Source: a virus. From it: a stretch of DNA of 60,532 nt. Below the pieces are notes generated by a model that did not search any database, had not been told where the DNA came from, and saw only the letters and a program-made list of their open reading frames with translations. Shown here piece by piece: positions 8,601-16,187 of this stretch; within the stretch, counting starts at the first letter, position 1, and every line of letters starts with the position of its first letter. Where the stretch lies: IMG/VR virus record IMGVR_UViG_3300012349_000001; one strand, written 5' to 3'. The position numbers and the translations under genes are program-made.

Positions 8601-8626
8601 AAAGAAAAACCCGTCCGAAGACGGGC
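8601..8626 (-). terminator. intrinsic terminator
   Basis: On the - strand: CCCGTC-TTCG-GACGGG followed by TTTTTCTTTT, just after the lipoprotein gene. Confidence 0.75.
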
Positions 8627-8651
8627 CTGTTGATACACTTCTGACTGAAAC

Positions 8652-9224
8652 TCACTTACTCTTGACATTAATTTGGACTGAAGAATTTCCCCCGGCGTCT
8701 GTCACTGTTCCATTCTCGTCCAATTTCACAGGATAGGGGAATGCGAGCGCATCTGTTTCACTGTAGACAGGCTCAATTTCAGATCCTCCACCCGGAAGCG
8801 TGCGAATACACAGCACCCATGTAGCATTGGTTGTTCCCGTGTACAAGCCGTTCGGCTCAGCTTGTGGGATAGTAACGTTTCCTCCTGCTGAGTTTGCATT
8901 GTAATCTACCTGACTTGGATTAGTGAGCTGCGTTGTGTACGGGATGGGATAGCCCTTCGATGGGCACACAAATATAGGCTTGCCCATTGAATAGATTACT
9001 GTCCAGGTATTTACTACCTTCATCCTGGCATCATATATCTGCTGAAGCTCGTCCCGTTCGGGGCTGTAGTCATACTTGTGCAACGGCTGATTCTTGGCAT
9101 AGGTCGCCTGCTGGCTATCAACCTGGCTTGACTCCGATGCTGTTTGAGGCGAATTGTCTGCACATGCAGCCATCACTAGGGAAGCCAGCAATAGCCATGG
9201 TGCAATAATAAAAGCCCTTTTCAT
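8652..9224 (-). CDS. secreted lipoprotein, 190 aa
   Basis: Signal peptide MKRAFIIAPWLLLASLVMAAC with a lipobox-like MAAC. Start chosen at 9224, next to the upstream stop. Confidence 0.65.
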   Translation of the reverse strand: MKRAFIIAPWLLLASLVMAACADNSPQTASESSQVDSQQATYAKNQPLHKYDYSPERDELQQIYDARMKVVNTWTVIYSMGKPIFVCPSKGYPIPYTTQLTNPSQVDYNANSAGGNVTIPQAEPNGLYTGTTNATWVLCIRTLPGGGSEIEPVYSETDALAFPYPVKLDENGTVTDAGGNSSVQINVKSK

Positions 9225-9225
9225 T

Positions 9226-9630
9226 TTACCTCGCTGGAAACTGTTGAAAGAATGATGACAATTCAGGCATATCCTGAATGATTTGTGGTCGAGAGCACTG
9301 AGAAGCATCAAGCGCGTTATAGATATCGCCTGCATTCTGCTTCTCTTGTGCTTGTAGCTGTGGTTTCATGCTTGCATAGTTCGGATCTGCCATCTCAAGA
9401 TTGGTATTAGAAATAGCCGTCAAGTCATTCTCAATACGCGCCTTTTGCGTCACAAGATACTGCATACTGCATGTTGTAACGTGGCGTTCGCTATTGGCTA
9501 GAGGGACAGCAAGATGGTAATTATACCAGATAGTAAATGTAGTACCTCCTATGATGAGAATAGCGATCAATCCTATCCAGATAAGACACCCAAAACTCAC
9601 GCCTAAAAATGTTTTCTGGCCTTCGTTCAT
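9226..9630 (-). CDS. membrane protein, 134 aa
   Basis: N-terminal TM segment LGVSFGCLIWIGLIAILIIGG; co-directional array. Confidence 0.6.
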   Translation of the reverse strand: MNEGQKTFLGVSFGCLIWIGLIAILIIGGTTFTIWYNYHLAVPLANSERHVTTCSMQYLVTQKARIENDLTAISNTNLEMADPNYASMKPQLQAQEKQNAGDIYNALDASQCSRPQIIQDMPELSSFFQQFPAR

Positions 9631-9850
9631 AAAGGCCTCCTTTCAATCATACAAACGAACATCACAACGTTCTATCAAATGTATAGCCAATTCTGATTAC
9701 CTAGCAAGCCTATTGCCAATCATCACCATAACATACAAGAGCATGCCCGCGCCTCTGAGAAGCAGGAACAGATAGAGCGAGAATATGCACAAGAAGATGA
9801 GCAGAGGAGTACGCGCTAAGATTGGCTCTTCCTGAAAATCAGCTCTGTGC

Positions 9851-10072
9851 TCAGTATATATTCTCTCCTTTTGCATCTTCTTCTGCACGATAGAGGTCAT
9901 GCGTACCGTAGGGATACGGTCGGTCGGTGCTGTCAAGTGGTCTAGATCTTCGTAAAACCTGAATTGTACATCTTTCATATTCATCGCCCGCGAACATATA
10001 AACCAGAATAATAATAGCCATTGCGCCCAAGAAACAGAACATAAGAATAATATACAATAATGCGTCTATCAT
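9851..10072 (-). CDS. small membrane protein, 73 aa
   Basis: ATGA start/stop overlap with the 10069-10620 gene. N-terminal TM segment. Confidence 0.5.
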   Translation of the reverse strand: MIDALLYIILMFCFLGAMAIIILVYMFAGDEYERCTIQVLRRSRPLDSTDRPYPYGTHDLYRAEEDAKGENIY

Positions 10073-10620
10073 ATCTTGCTACCAAAGACTTTCACATCAA
10101 AATCACACGGGCCGTCTGAAGGAACGATAGGGATACGCACGCCATGGCAATGGTACTGTATGCGTCTCAGAAGCTTTTCTGAGGCCATGTGGCGTAAATT
10201 GGACACAACTATGAGCGTTGGCATGCTACCTAGCTGCTCTACCGCCTGGTGGATGAGATCGACCGTGTGATGATTAGCTGAGGCGTATATTTGCACACAC
10301 GGCTCGTCCTCTTCAGGCTCTTCCTGTGGGGCAAGAGCAGGCTGCTTCTCTGTCGTGTAGGGACTCCTGATAGCAGGCAGATCGTAGCGCGTGGGTGCTT
10401 CTCCAATGTCGAGCGCGCTAAGCATTCTCTCTTCTTCTGCTCTCCTTATTCTTCTCTGCTCTTCTTTGATGCCATCAAGGACTTCTGCTCTCCTTATGCT
10501 AGTAGCGCTACTATTCCGTTCGCTCAGAATTTCATTCGCCCACGCCTTTACCTCAGCATTCGTTTCTATATCTTGCAAAAAGCCACGTGGTGTTACTACT
10601 GCTTGCTGCATTTCTTGCAC
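10069..10620 (-). CDS. hypothetical protein, 183 aa
   Basis: GTG start preceded by GAGGAG. Only 87 nt downstream of tnpB. Confidence 0.6.
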   Translation of the reverse strand: MQEMQQAVVTPRGFLQDIETNAEVKAWANEILSERNSSATSIRRAEVLDGIKEEQRRIRRAEEERMLSALDIGEAPTRYDLPAIRSPYTTEKQPALAPQEEPEEDEPCVQIYASANHHTVDLIHQAVEQLGSMPTLIVVSNLRHMASEKLLRRIQYHCHGVRIPIVPSDGPCDFDVKVFGSKI

Positions 10621-10639
10621 GGTGATACTCTCCTCTACT

Positions 10640-10800
10640 ACATTGCCTATACATCCTGAATTGCTGTCATGTTGTTGGGGCTATTTTCATTGTGTGACGT
10701 ACTCTCGCTATGCGGCATGGGCTTCTACGGGATCACCCGTTGGCTCCGTCCGAACCGAAAGTTGTTTTTGCCCTAATCTCAAGATGTTGATAGCCGCATT
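10640..10800 (-). ncRNA. candidate omega/reRNA scaffold of TnpB; boundaries not determined
   Basis: In characterised TnpB elements the guide RNA overlaps the 3' end of tnpB and the right end. A hairpin ACGGG-TGAT-CCCGT is visible here. Confidence 0.3.
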
Positions 10801-11919
10801 GTGATCACGGTCCAGCTCACAGCCACATTCGCATGAGTGCCAGCGTTCAGATAGCTCTTTCTTCTTGACCATTCCACATCCTGAGCAGGCTTGGCTTGTG
10901 TAGGATGGATTCACAAAGAGGACAGATCTACCAGCGTTTGCAGCTTTGTATTTCACCATCTCTGTAAAATTGTACCACCCGGCATCTAAAATTGACTTGT
11001 TTAACCCGCCTTTTGCAGCAGCCCCATTGTGCAAATACTCCCCGTTCTCACCTTGTTTGGGTTTAGGAGCTTTAGAAAGGTTTGCGGGTGCTAAATCTTC
11101 AAAGACAATCACCTGATAGCGATTGACCAGCTTACGAGACTCTTTGTGATGGAAGTCCTTACGCTGGTTACGTACCTTTCGATAAGCCTTAGCAACCTGT
11201 CTAACAGCTTTCTTACGCCTATGGGACCTGCGTTTCTTGCCAGAAAGCTTTCTCTGAAGTTTGGCTAACTTCTTCTCAGCACGTCGGTAGTGTCTAGGAT
11301 TCTCGATCATACTACCATTGGAAAGAGCAGCAAAATGGGTAATACCTAGGTCAATCCCCACGTCTTCACAGGAGAGTGGTGTGGTGTTTGCCTCTACTTC
11401 GCAGGCAAACACCACGTACCATGCATCCCCCTCACGTTTGATGGTTGTTGTCTTGATACTCCCTTCAAGTGCTCTATGCATCTTGACAGTGATAGATCCG
11501 ATCTTTGAAAGGATGAGCTTGGCATGTTTCTTCTCACTTGGGTTAAACTTCCATCCTGAACCATCTGGGTAGGTAAAACTATCATAGCGGTTACGCCCTT
11601 GAAATCTAGGAAAGCCGGGCTTCTCGCCTGCTTTCACCCGCCTGAAGAAAGCTTTATATGCAAGATCAACGCGTCTCAGCACGTTAGTAAGTACATGAGC
11701 ACCAATTTCTTGATACTCAGTGCGGATCTCGTGTTTAATCTCAGGGAGATCATTTATCTGATCAAAGCAAGTAATGCCCTTCTGTGCATACTTATAGGCC
11801 TCTTTGCGCTCTTGCAGAGCCGCGTTGTACAGCTCTCGACAACGGTCCAGTGTCCATTGCAGCTTTTGGGCAACTGCCTGGTTAGGATACAGCCTATACT
11901 TATATGCTTTTATTGCCAC
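10708..11919 (-). CDS. tnpB: TnpB (IS200/IS605-family RNA-guided nuclease), 403 aa
   Basis: RuvC motifs IDLGITHFA, VIVFEDL and LDRDHNAAINI. Zinc finger CSGCG...CECGC. GTG start after AAAGGAGGT. Confidence 0.9.
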   Translation of the reverse strand: MAIKAYKYRLYPNQAVAQKLQWTLDRCRELYNAALQERKEAYKYAQKGITCFDQINDLPEIKHEIRTEYQEIGAHVLTNVLRRVDLAYKAFFRRVKAGEKPGFPRFQGRNRYDSFTYPDGSGWKFNPSEKKHAKLILSKIGSITVKMHRALEGSIKTTTIKREGDAWYVVFACEVEANTTPLSCEDVGIDLGITHFAALSNGSMIENPRHYRRAEKKLAKLQRKLSGKKRRSHRRKKAVRQVAKAYRKVRNQRKDFHHKESRKLVNRYQVIVFEDLAPANLSKAPKPKQGENGEYLHNGAAAKGGLNKSILDAGWYNFTEMVKYKAANAGRSVLFVNPSYTSQACSGCGMVKKKELSERWHSCECGCELDRDHNAAINILRLGQKQLSVRTEPTGDPVEAHAA

Positions 11920-12070
11920 GCTGTACCTCCTTTAATCGCTCAGTAAGCAGATCATCTAGTACCTGCTGCATAGTCTTTCCTTCCATTGCAGCAAGCATTT
12001 TTAGCTTTTGTTGCGATTGCTTCCACACTTTGAGGGAGGTAACCGCTTTGTTCTCTTTGATGTTCTCCAT
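11900..12070 (-). CDS. ribbon-helix-helix (CopG/Arc-like) protein, 56 aa, apparently leaderless
   Basis: The beta-helix-helix pattern KAVTSLKVW / KQSQQKLKMLAAMEG / TMQQVLDDLLTERLKE. The ATG lies about 7 nt after the -10 box. The 3' end overlaps the tnpB start by 20 nt. Confidence 0.6.
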   Translation of the reverse strand: MENIKENKAVTSLKVWKQSQQKLKMLAAMEGKTMQQVLDDLLTERLKEVQRGNKSI

Positions 12071-12106
12071 ATGGAGAATTATACTACTTTTCTCCATAGG
12101 TGTCAA
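12063..12106 (-). promoter_or_regulatory. consensus promoter TTGACA-N17-TATAAT with three ATGGAGAA/TTCTCCAT half-sites
   Basis: -35 at 12101-12106, -10 at 12078-12083. A 16-bp palindrome TTCTCCATATGGAGAA lies at 12063-12078, with an extra half-site at 12090-12097. Confidence 0.75.
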
Positions 12107-12141
12107 GAGATCATTGTAGCAGAGAGAGGAAAACAAGCAAC

Positions 12142-12170
12142 AAAAAAACCGCCGCTTTGTGGGCGACGGC
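12142..12170 (-). terminator. intrinsic terminator
   Basis: On the - strand: CCGUCGC-loop-GCGGCGG followed by U7. Confidence 0.75.
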
Positions 12171-12309
12171 TCTGGGAGACTAGACCAGATCTCCACAGCT
12201 TGGGCACTGGCCTTGGAACGCGGAGGACTCAGGCGTGTACTGCTCAAGATCCTCCTCGTGCTCTCCGCTATAGAGGGCACAATCTACGCTACAATAGACG
12301 ATATCCGTT

Positions 12310-12609
12310 TTACTGCTCTTGACCATTTTTTCTTCTATATTCACTTTGATACTTCAAGCGTTTGTCCCTGTGTTCTAGATATTTCTGATGCTGATATTTT
12401 TTGTCAGCATCAGTTCCCTTTCTCCTTTGCCGTGCGCCTTTCTGCGCCTCCACAACCTTCTCCGGATTATTGGATTTCCACCGCTCCCTGGCACCAGCAT
12501 CCCGTTGATTTCGGCATCTGTAGCAGAGGAGCCCCTTCTTCGGGAAACGATGCTCCTCTGCTTCTGCCTCTGTGCATACTTTGCAGATCCGACCCACAAC
12601 TAGACCCAC
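12310..12609 (-). CDS. zinc-ribbon protein with basic NPEK-type repeats and no nuclease domain, 99 aa
   Basis: CKVC...CYRC followed by WKSNNPEK. Resembles the N-terminal regions of the two HNH proteins at 22411 and 23254. Confidence 0.6.
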   Translation of the reverse strand: MGLVVGRICKVCTEAEAEEHRFPKKGLLCYRCRNQRDAGARERWKSNNPEKVVEAQKGARQRRKGTDADKKYQHQKYLEHRDKRLKYQSEYRRKNGQEQ

Positions 12610-12830
12610 ACGCCTGGACGGGAATTATGCGATCCTTCCTCACACCTGACTTGCAGATCAGGATCGAGAGACTCGCCAAAGAGGAGATCCCCACACTCTG
12701 TACAGGGACGTGCTAACATGACATTATTTCCCTGAGACTTTGCGACTTTTGCTGCTTTTATCTCATCAACACGATAACAATCAAACTCACCTTTTTGACC
12801 GAATGATAATGTTTTCACTGAAATTCTCAC
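12600..12830 (-). CDS. hypothetical protein, 76 aa (uncertain)
   Basis: GTG start preceded by the same intercistronic motif seen upstream of the gene starting at 13076. No clear SD. Confidence 0.3.
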   Translation of the reverse strand: MRISVKTLSFGQKGEFDCYRVDEIKAAKVAKSQGNNVMLARPCTECGDLLFGESLDPDLQVRCEEGSHNSRPGVWV

Positions 12831-12866
12831 TTTCTTATTCTGGCCCTAAGGCCTGGGAGGACTTGA

Positions 12867-13076
12867 TTACTTTCCTCGCTCTACTATGACGTTACTGAAG
12901 GCAGATTTGAGAATCTTCTCTGCCTCATCAATATCTCCAAGCTTCACAAGATCTACAGCAGCACTGTAGGCTGCATGTTGGTCTCTGGTAAGCTCCTGAG
13001 CGGCATTGCCGCTTTTAGGGGAGATAACAACGAATGCGGCTCCTGGGCCATGTGCATGAATAACGTTATGGGACAT
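12867..13076 (-). CDS. hypothetical protein, 69 aa
   Basis: SD GAAAGG before the ATG; co-directional operon. Confidence 0.55.
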   Translation of the reverse strand: MSHNVIHAHGPGAAFVVISPKSGNAAQELTRDQHAAYSAAVDLVKLGDIDEAEKILKSAFSNVIVERGK

Positions 13077-13133
13077 TTGCTTACCTTTCTGGCCCGTAGG
13101 ACTGGGAGGATTGCACCTCCCTTTTGCTGCTAT

Positions 13134-13460
13134 TTACGAATTATTAATAACTGCTTCCATTTGACTCAAATCGGGATTGATCCATTTTACTTTCAATGAA
13201 CGGCAATATTGTACAGGAGAACCATTCTTCCTTGTGTCTTCAACGGTCATTTTTACGATATGACCGTTGAATTCGAGGTCCCGACTTACGCACGTCCCAC
13301 TCAGACCGCCATCAAATCCGTACATATCGCCCATCTGGCAATTCTCTGGCAACTTTTCAAATTCGCCATTGAAACCATCAAACGAACATTTACCGCCATT
13401 CTTATTAATAAGATCAACTGCACGCTGTTCTACTCTCTGAATTGCTCGAATTTTAATCAT
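13134..13460 (-). CDS. hypothetical protein, 108 aa
   Basis: Start set at MIKIRAIQ, after SD AAGGAG. Confidence 0.55.
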   Translation of the reverse strand: MIKIRAIQRVEQRAVDLINKNGGKCSFDGFNGEFEKLPENCQMGDMYGFDGGLSGTCVSRDLEFNGHIVKMTVEDTRKNGSPVQYCRSLKVKWINPDLSQMEAVINNS

Positions 13461-13485
13461 ACCGAAATTTCTCCTTGTGCGCCTC

Positions 13486-13722
13486 TCAGGACTGCCCTGG
13501 AGGCTCACTGCACTCTACTGGACGCTCTAACCCAAACACTTTATACAGATCAACTTGATCATCAGGATGACCATGGACACCTTGGAGCCAGCGCTCATAC
13601 CTTGCCTGACCTTCAGGCGTACGAGGCTCTTCCTCCTCTTCCACCTCCTCTTGAACTTCTTCAGGGACATTTACAAGACTCTCGATCATTTCCTGCTCTG
13701 CGCCATCTTTAAGATTTGCCAT
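13486..13722 (-). CDS. acidic hypothetical protein, 78 aa
   Basis: Start set at MANLKDG, after GAAAGG and downstream of the duplicated promoter. Confidence 0.55.
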   Translation of the reverse strand: MANLKDGAEQEMIESLVNVPEEVQEEVEEEEEPRTPEGQARYERWLQGVHGHPDDQVDLYKVFGLERPVECSEPPGQS

Positions 13723-13755
13723 CTCGTTTGCCTTTCTACTCTGCAAGAACAACTC

Positions 13756-13806
13756 TTACTTAACTGCTATGTCTACATTGTAAACTATCGTAAACAGCTT
13801 GTCAAG
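13756..13806 (-). promoter_or_regulatory. 51-bp promoter cassette copy A (TTGACA-N17-TACAAT)
   Basis: Identical to 15614-15664. -35 at 13800-13805 and -10 at 13777-13782 on the - strand. Confidence 0.8.
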
Positions 13807-13840
13807 GGGTTTTGACAAGAGTTTTGAATTTGCTCAAAAC

Positions 13841-14167
13841 TCATGGCCTCGCTTTCCGCCTAGGATGATCTTTCCTGTACTGCTGGTCATACTCTCTGAC
13901 TTCACCAGGATGATCTTTCCTGTACTGCTTGGAATATTCCCGATACCTCTCAGGATTATTTGCGTACACTTGACGGGAGTCCTCCTTATGCTCTTCTGGA
14001 TGACTTTTGCGCCACCTCTCAGCAGCATCTTGCACATTGCTAGGATGATCTGATTGCCAGCCCCTGATGACAGCAAAACGATGCACGGCAGAGCATTCCT
14101 CGCATCGTTTTCGATTGCCATGAGAACCTGAAATATCTTCATGGCAATCCAGGCACTGCCTAGGCAT
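13841..14167 (-). CDS. zinc-ribbon protein with Y/W-x3-(N/H)P-E repeats and no nuclease domain, 108 aa
   Basis: CLDC...CEEC followed by SHPEEH, NNPERY and two KDHP units. The repeats are also visible in the DNA (13861-13883 and 13906-13928). Confidence 0.6.
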   Translation of the reverse strand: MPRQCLDCHEDISGSHGNRKRCEECSAVHRFAVIRGWQSDHPSNVQDAAERWRKSHPEEHKEDSRQVYANNPERYREYSKQYRKDHPGEVREYDQQYRKDHPRRKARP

Positions 14168-14582
14168 CTTTGACCAGCCCTACCTCTCGCAGCCTTGGCC
14201 CTATTGGTCCTTCTTGATGATAGGGACCCAGCCAGAACCTCTCTACAGCATCAACAATGGCTGCACACTCGATATATCGAAGGTTGCGTAGACGCTGAGA
14301 GAAGTCAGATTTGCCGAACTCTAACGTGGCCTCAGAATGATCATCGGCTACCTCTGCCCACAGATACCCAATGCTAGCAGGATCCGCATGACGAGCGCCG
14401 TTGAGGACGCGGACAAGCAGTGTTGCTTCTTCTTCTGTGAACGCTGGCAACGAGCGCCGGAGCGCTTCATAATAGCGCTCCAGATCACGCTCCAATATTC
14501 CAGATGGGGATTTTTCCCCACCTGAACGATCTCTGATCTCTTGCTCAATTTGCCCCTTCGGACGAAAACTAACAGGATGCAT
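14160..14582 (-). CDS. hypothetical protein, 140 aa
   Basis: Start set at MHPVSF; the longer 185-aa version would overlap the upstream gene. Confidence 0.5.
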   Translation of the reverse strand: MHPVSFRPKGQIEQEIRDRSGGEKSPSGILERDLERYYEALRRSLPAFTEEEATLLVRVLNGARHADPASIGYLWAEVADDHSEATLEFGKSDFSQRLRNLRYIECAAIVDAVERFWLGPYHQEGPIGPRLREVGLVKDA

Positions 14583-14595
14583 TATAAAATCCTTT

Positions 14596-14952
14596 CTACG
14601 CTGATTGCCCATACACGACTTCCCAATCATGGATACTATCCCAGATACCTTTGACGAGATCATCTTCCTGATTATCAAAGGCAAGATCGAGATACTCACT
14701 CTCTGACAAATCACCATTCACAACTAACTCTTGATAATCGCCGTCGTCAAGAGCTGGCAAGCCTACAATCTCGCCGGGGCTCTGGTAGAGATTGCCAATC
14801 TCATTATTCCAGAGATTGCGCCACGTGCCATCTTCGAATAACTCAACGCTATATCCACTTCCACCCCATCCTGCTTTGGTGCTGGCAATGACGCCAGGCT
14901 TGAAATCGGAAGACTTCAGATACGCCTCAAGAACCTCTTTGAAATTTTTCAC
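14596..14952 (-). CDS. acidic hypothetical protein, 118 aa
   Basis: Co-directional array. The C-terminal half is very rich in Asp and Glu. Confidence 0.55.
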   Translation of the reverse strand: MKNFKEVLEAYLKSSDFKPGVIASTKAGWGGSGYSVELFEDGTWRNLWNNEIGNLYQSPGEIVGLPALDDGDYQELVVNGDLSESEYLDLAFDNQEDDLVKGIWDSIHDWEVVYGQSA

Positions 14953-14967
14953 TTAATTTCACCTTTC

Positions 14968-15591
14968 TTACTCGACAACTAGCTTACCGCGTACTAGACG
15001 AGCTTTTTTGCCTTCAGGCAACTGCATAGCTGCCAACTCAGGAGAAAGCTCTTTCTTGGCACGCTTCACTTTCACAGGCTCTGCAACTGCTTTGCCTGCC
15101 TCAACAATTTCGAAGGAACCTTTACCGCAGCGTCCGTATGCCTCGATCTTGGCACCCTTTCGGACTCGAACCTTGATCTCATAGCGGACTGAGAATGCAT
15201 GATTGCTATCTCCGCTTGTGAAGCCGCCCTTGCTCTCCAAGATCTCGAACTGCTTGGAGGATCTGACCAAGGATCCATACTGCATGTTGATCACGTCGCA
15301 ACCATCGACCGTAACACCGTGAGGATACGATCGCTTGTAGGTGTTGTCGGTCCAGACAACCATCTCAATCGTCTCGTACTCAATCTGAGCCTCTTCACCA
15401 TCGATCTGGAAGTACTTGCGGACAATCTCACGAGCTTGACTCTCGAACTTCATCGGGACGATCCAAGCCTTCTGGACGCCGTTCCATCTGCGATTGGGGA
15501 GACTCTTGATCTCCTCTACCAAGCTTGCATTATAGGGGCTCTTGATTGCGACCTCTCCATTAAGAGTGTTGATCAACATTGCTTTTGTCAT
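14968..15591 (-). CDS. hypothetical protein, 207 aa
   Basis: First gene after promoter copy B; SD GAAGGAG. Confidence 0.65.
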   Translation of the reverse strand: MTKAMLINTLNGEVAIKSPYNASLVEEIKSLPNRRWNGVQKAWIVPMKFESQAREIVRKYFQIDGEEAQIEYETIEMVVWTDNTYKRSYPHGVTVDGCDVINMQYGSLVRSSKQFEILESKGGFTSGDSNHAFSVRYEIKVRVRKGAKIEAYGRCGKGSFEIVEAGKAVAEPVKVKRAKKELSPELAAMQLPEGKKARLVRGKLVVE

Positions 15592-15613
15592 TGCCTCGCT
15601 CCTTCAAAATCGT

Positions 15614-15664
15614 TTACTTAACTGCTATGTCTACATTGTAAACTATCGTAAACAGCTTGTCAAG
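15614..15664 (-). promoter_or_regulatory. 51-bp promoter cassette copy B (TTGACA-N17-TACAAT)
   Basis: Identical to 13756-13806. Confidence 0.8.
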
Positions 15665-15792
15665 AGGAAAATGGCCAATTCGGAGGCAGTTTTGAGAAAC
15701 CCATCATACCCGTATTGCATCTCTAAAAATAGGCAAAGAAAGAGGCCTCTAGATTTGACTCTGAGGCCTTATCAATTCTGGTGTAGAGACGG

Positions 15793-16023
15793 CTACACAG
15801 CTTCTGTCAATACTGACGTGGTAAGCAGCTTATTCAGCGTACTGCTCTTGATCCTATACGCCTGCCGCTTGTTTACGTGAGGTAGAACAACAACCTCCAA
15901 AGCACCAGCTTTCGCCCAGCGGCGTACGGTTGTGTCATCAACACGTACTCTCTTAGCTACTTCTGCCACGGTTAGCAGCGTATCTTCCTCTTGATGGTGT
16001 GCATGGCCTGTATGTGTGGACAT
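15793..16023 (-). CDS. excisionase/MerR-type HTH DNA-binding protein, 76 aa
   Basis: LLTVAEVAKRVRVDDTTVRRWAKAG helix-turn-helix; SD GAAGGAG. Confidence 0.6.
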   Translation of the reverse strand: MSTHTGHAHHQEEDTLLTVAEVAKRVRVDDTTVRRWAKAGALEVVVLPHVNKRQAYRIKSSTLNKLLTTSVLTEAV

Positions 16024-16072
16024 GATATATTTCTCCTTCTACTGAGAATAGACAATCAAATGCATGTATCAC

Positions 16073-16100
16073 ACTATACCATAGCATCTGCAAATGTCAA
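16073..16100 (-). promoter_or_regulatory. promoter TTGACA-N16-TATAGT
   Basis: -35 at 16095-16100 and -10 at 16073-16078 on the - strand, with TGG just 5' of the -10 box. Confidence 0.6.
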
Positions 16101-16187
16101 TCAATTCTGCTTGTGCAACAAAAATGTGACACATCTTGGCACATTCCCATATAGACATAGACTACTTCCATCCGCTATAATAGAGCC

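Larger units (their letters stand above)
10640..12110 (-). mobile_element. solo-tnpB (IS1341-like) element or domesticated derivative; ends not mapped
   Basis: tnpB is present without any Y1 or serine tnpA in the window. No terminal hairpin pair was identified by eye. Confidence 0.4.

Noticed and set aside
9697-9984. 95-aa - strand ORF overlapping 9851-10072 by 134 nt.
   Set aside because: The long out-of-frame overlap means only one can be full length. 9851-10072 is translationally coupled to its upstream gene. A shorter internal start (9900 or 9876) remains possible but is unsupported.
11920-12300. Searched for a TnpA (Y1 HUH or serine recombinase) partner of tnpB.
   Set aside because: Only the 56-aa RHH ORF and a terminator are present. 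No HUH or Y motif-bearing ORF occurs anywhere in the window.
12159-12716. 185-aa + strand ORF.
   Set aside because: It runs through a - strand terminator and lies antisense to the zinc-ribbon gene. The sequence is low-complexity and there is no SD.
13756-15664. The identical 51-bp repeats as a CRISPR-like array or IS termini.
   Set aside because: There are only two copies, 1.8 kb apart, each a complete promoter directly upstream of a gene start. There is no repeat-spacer periodicity and no transposase between them.
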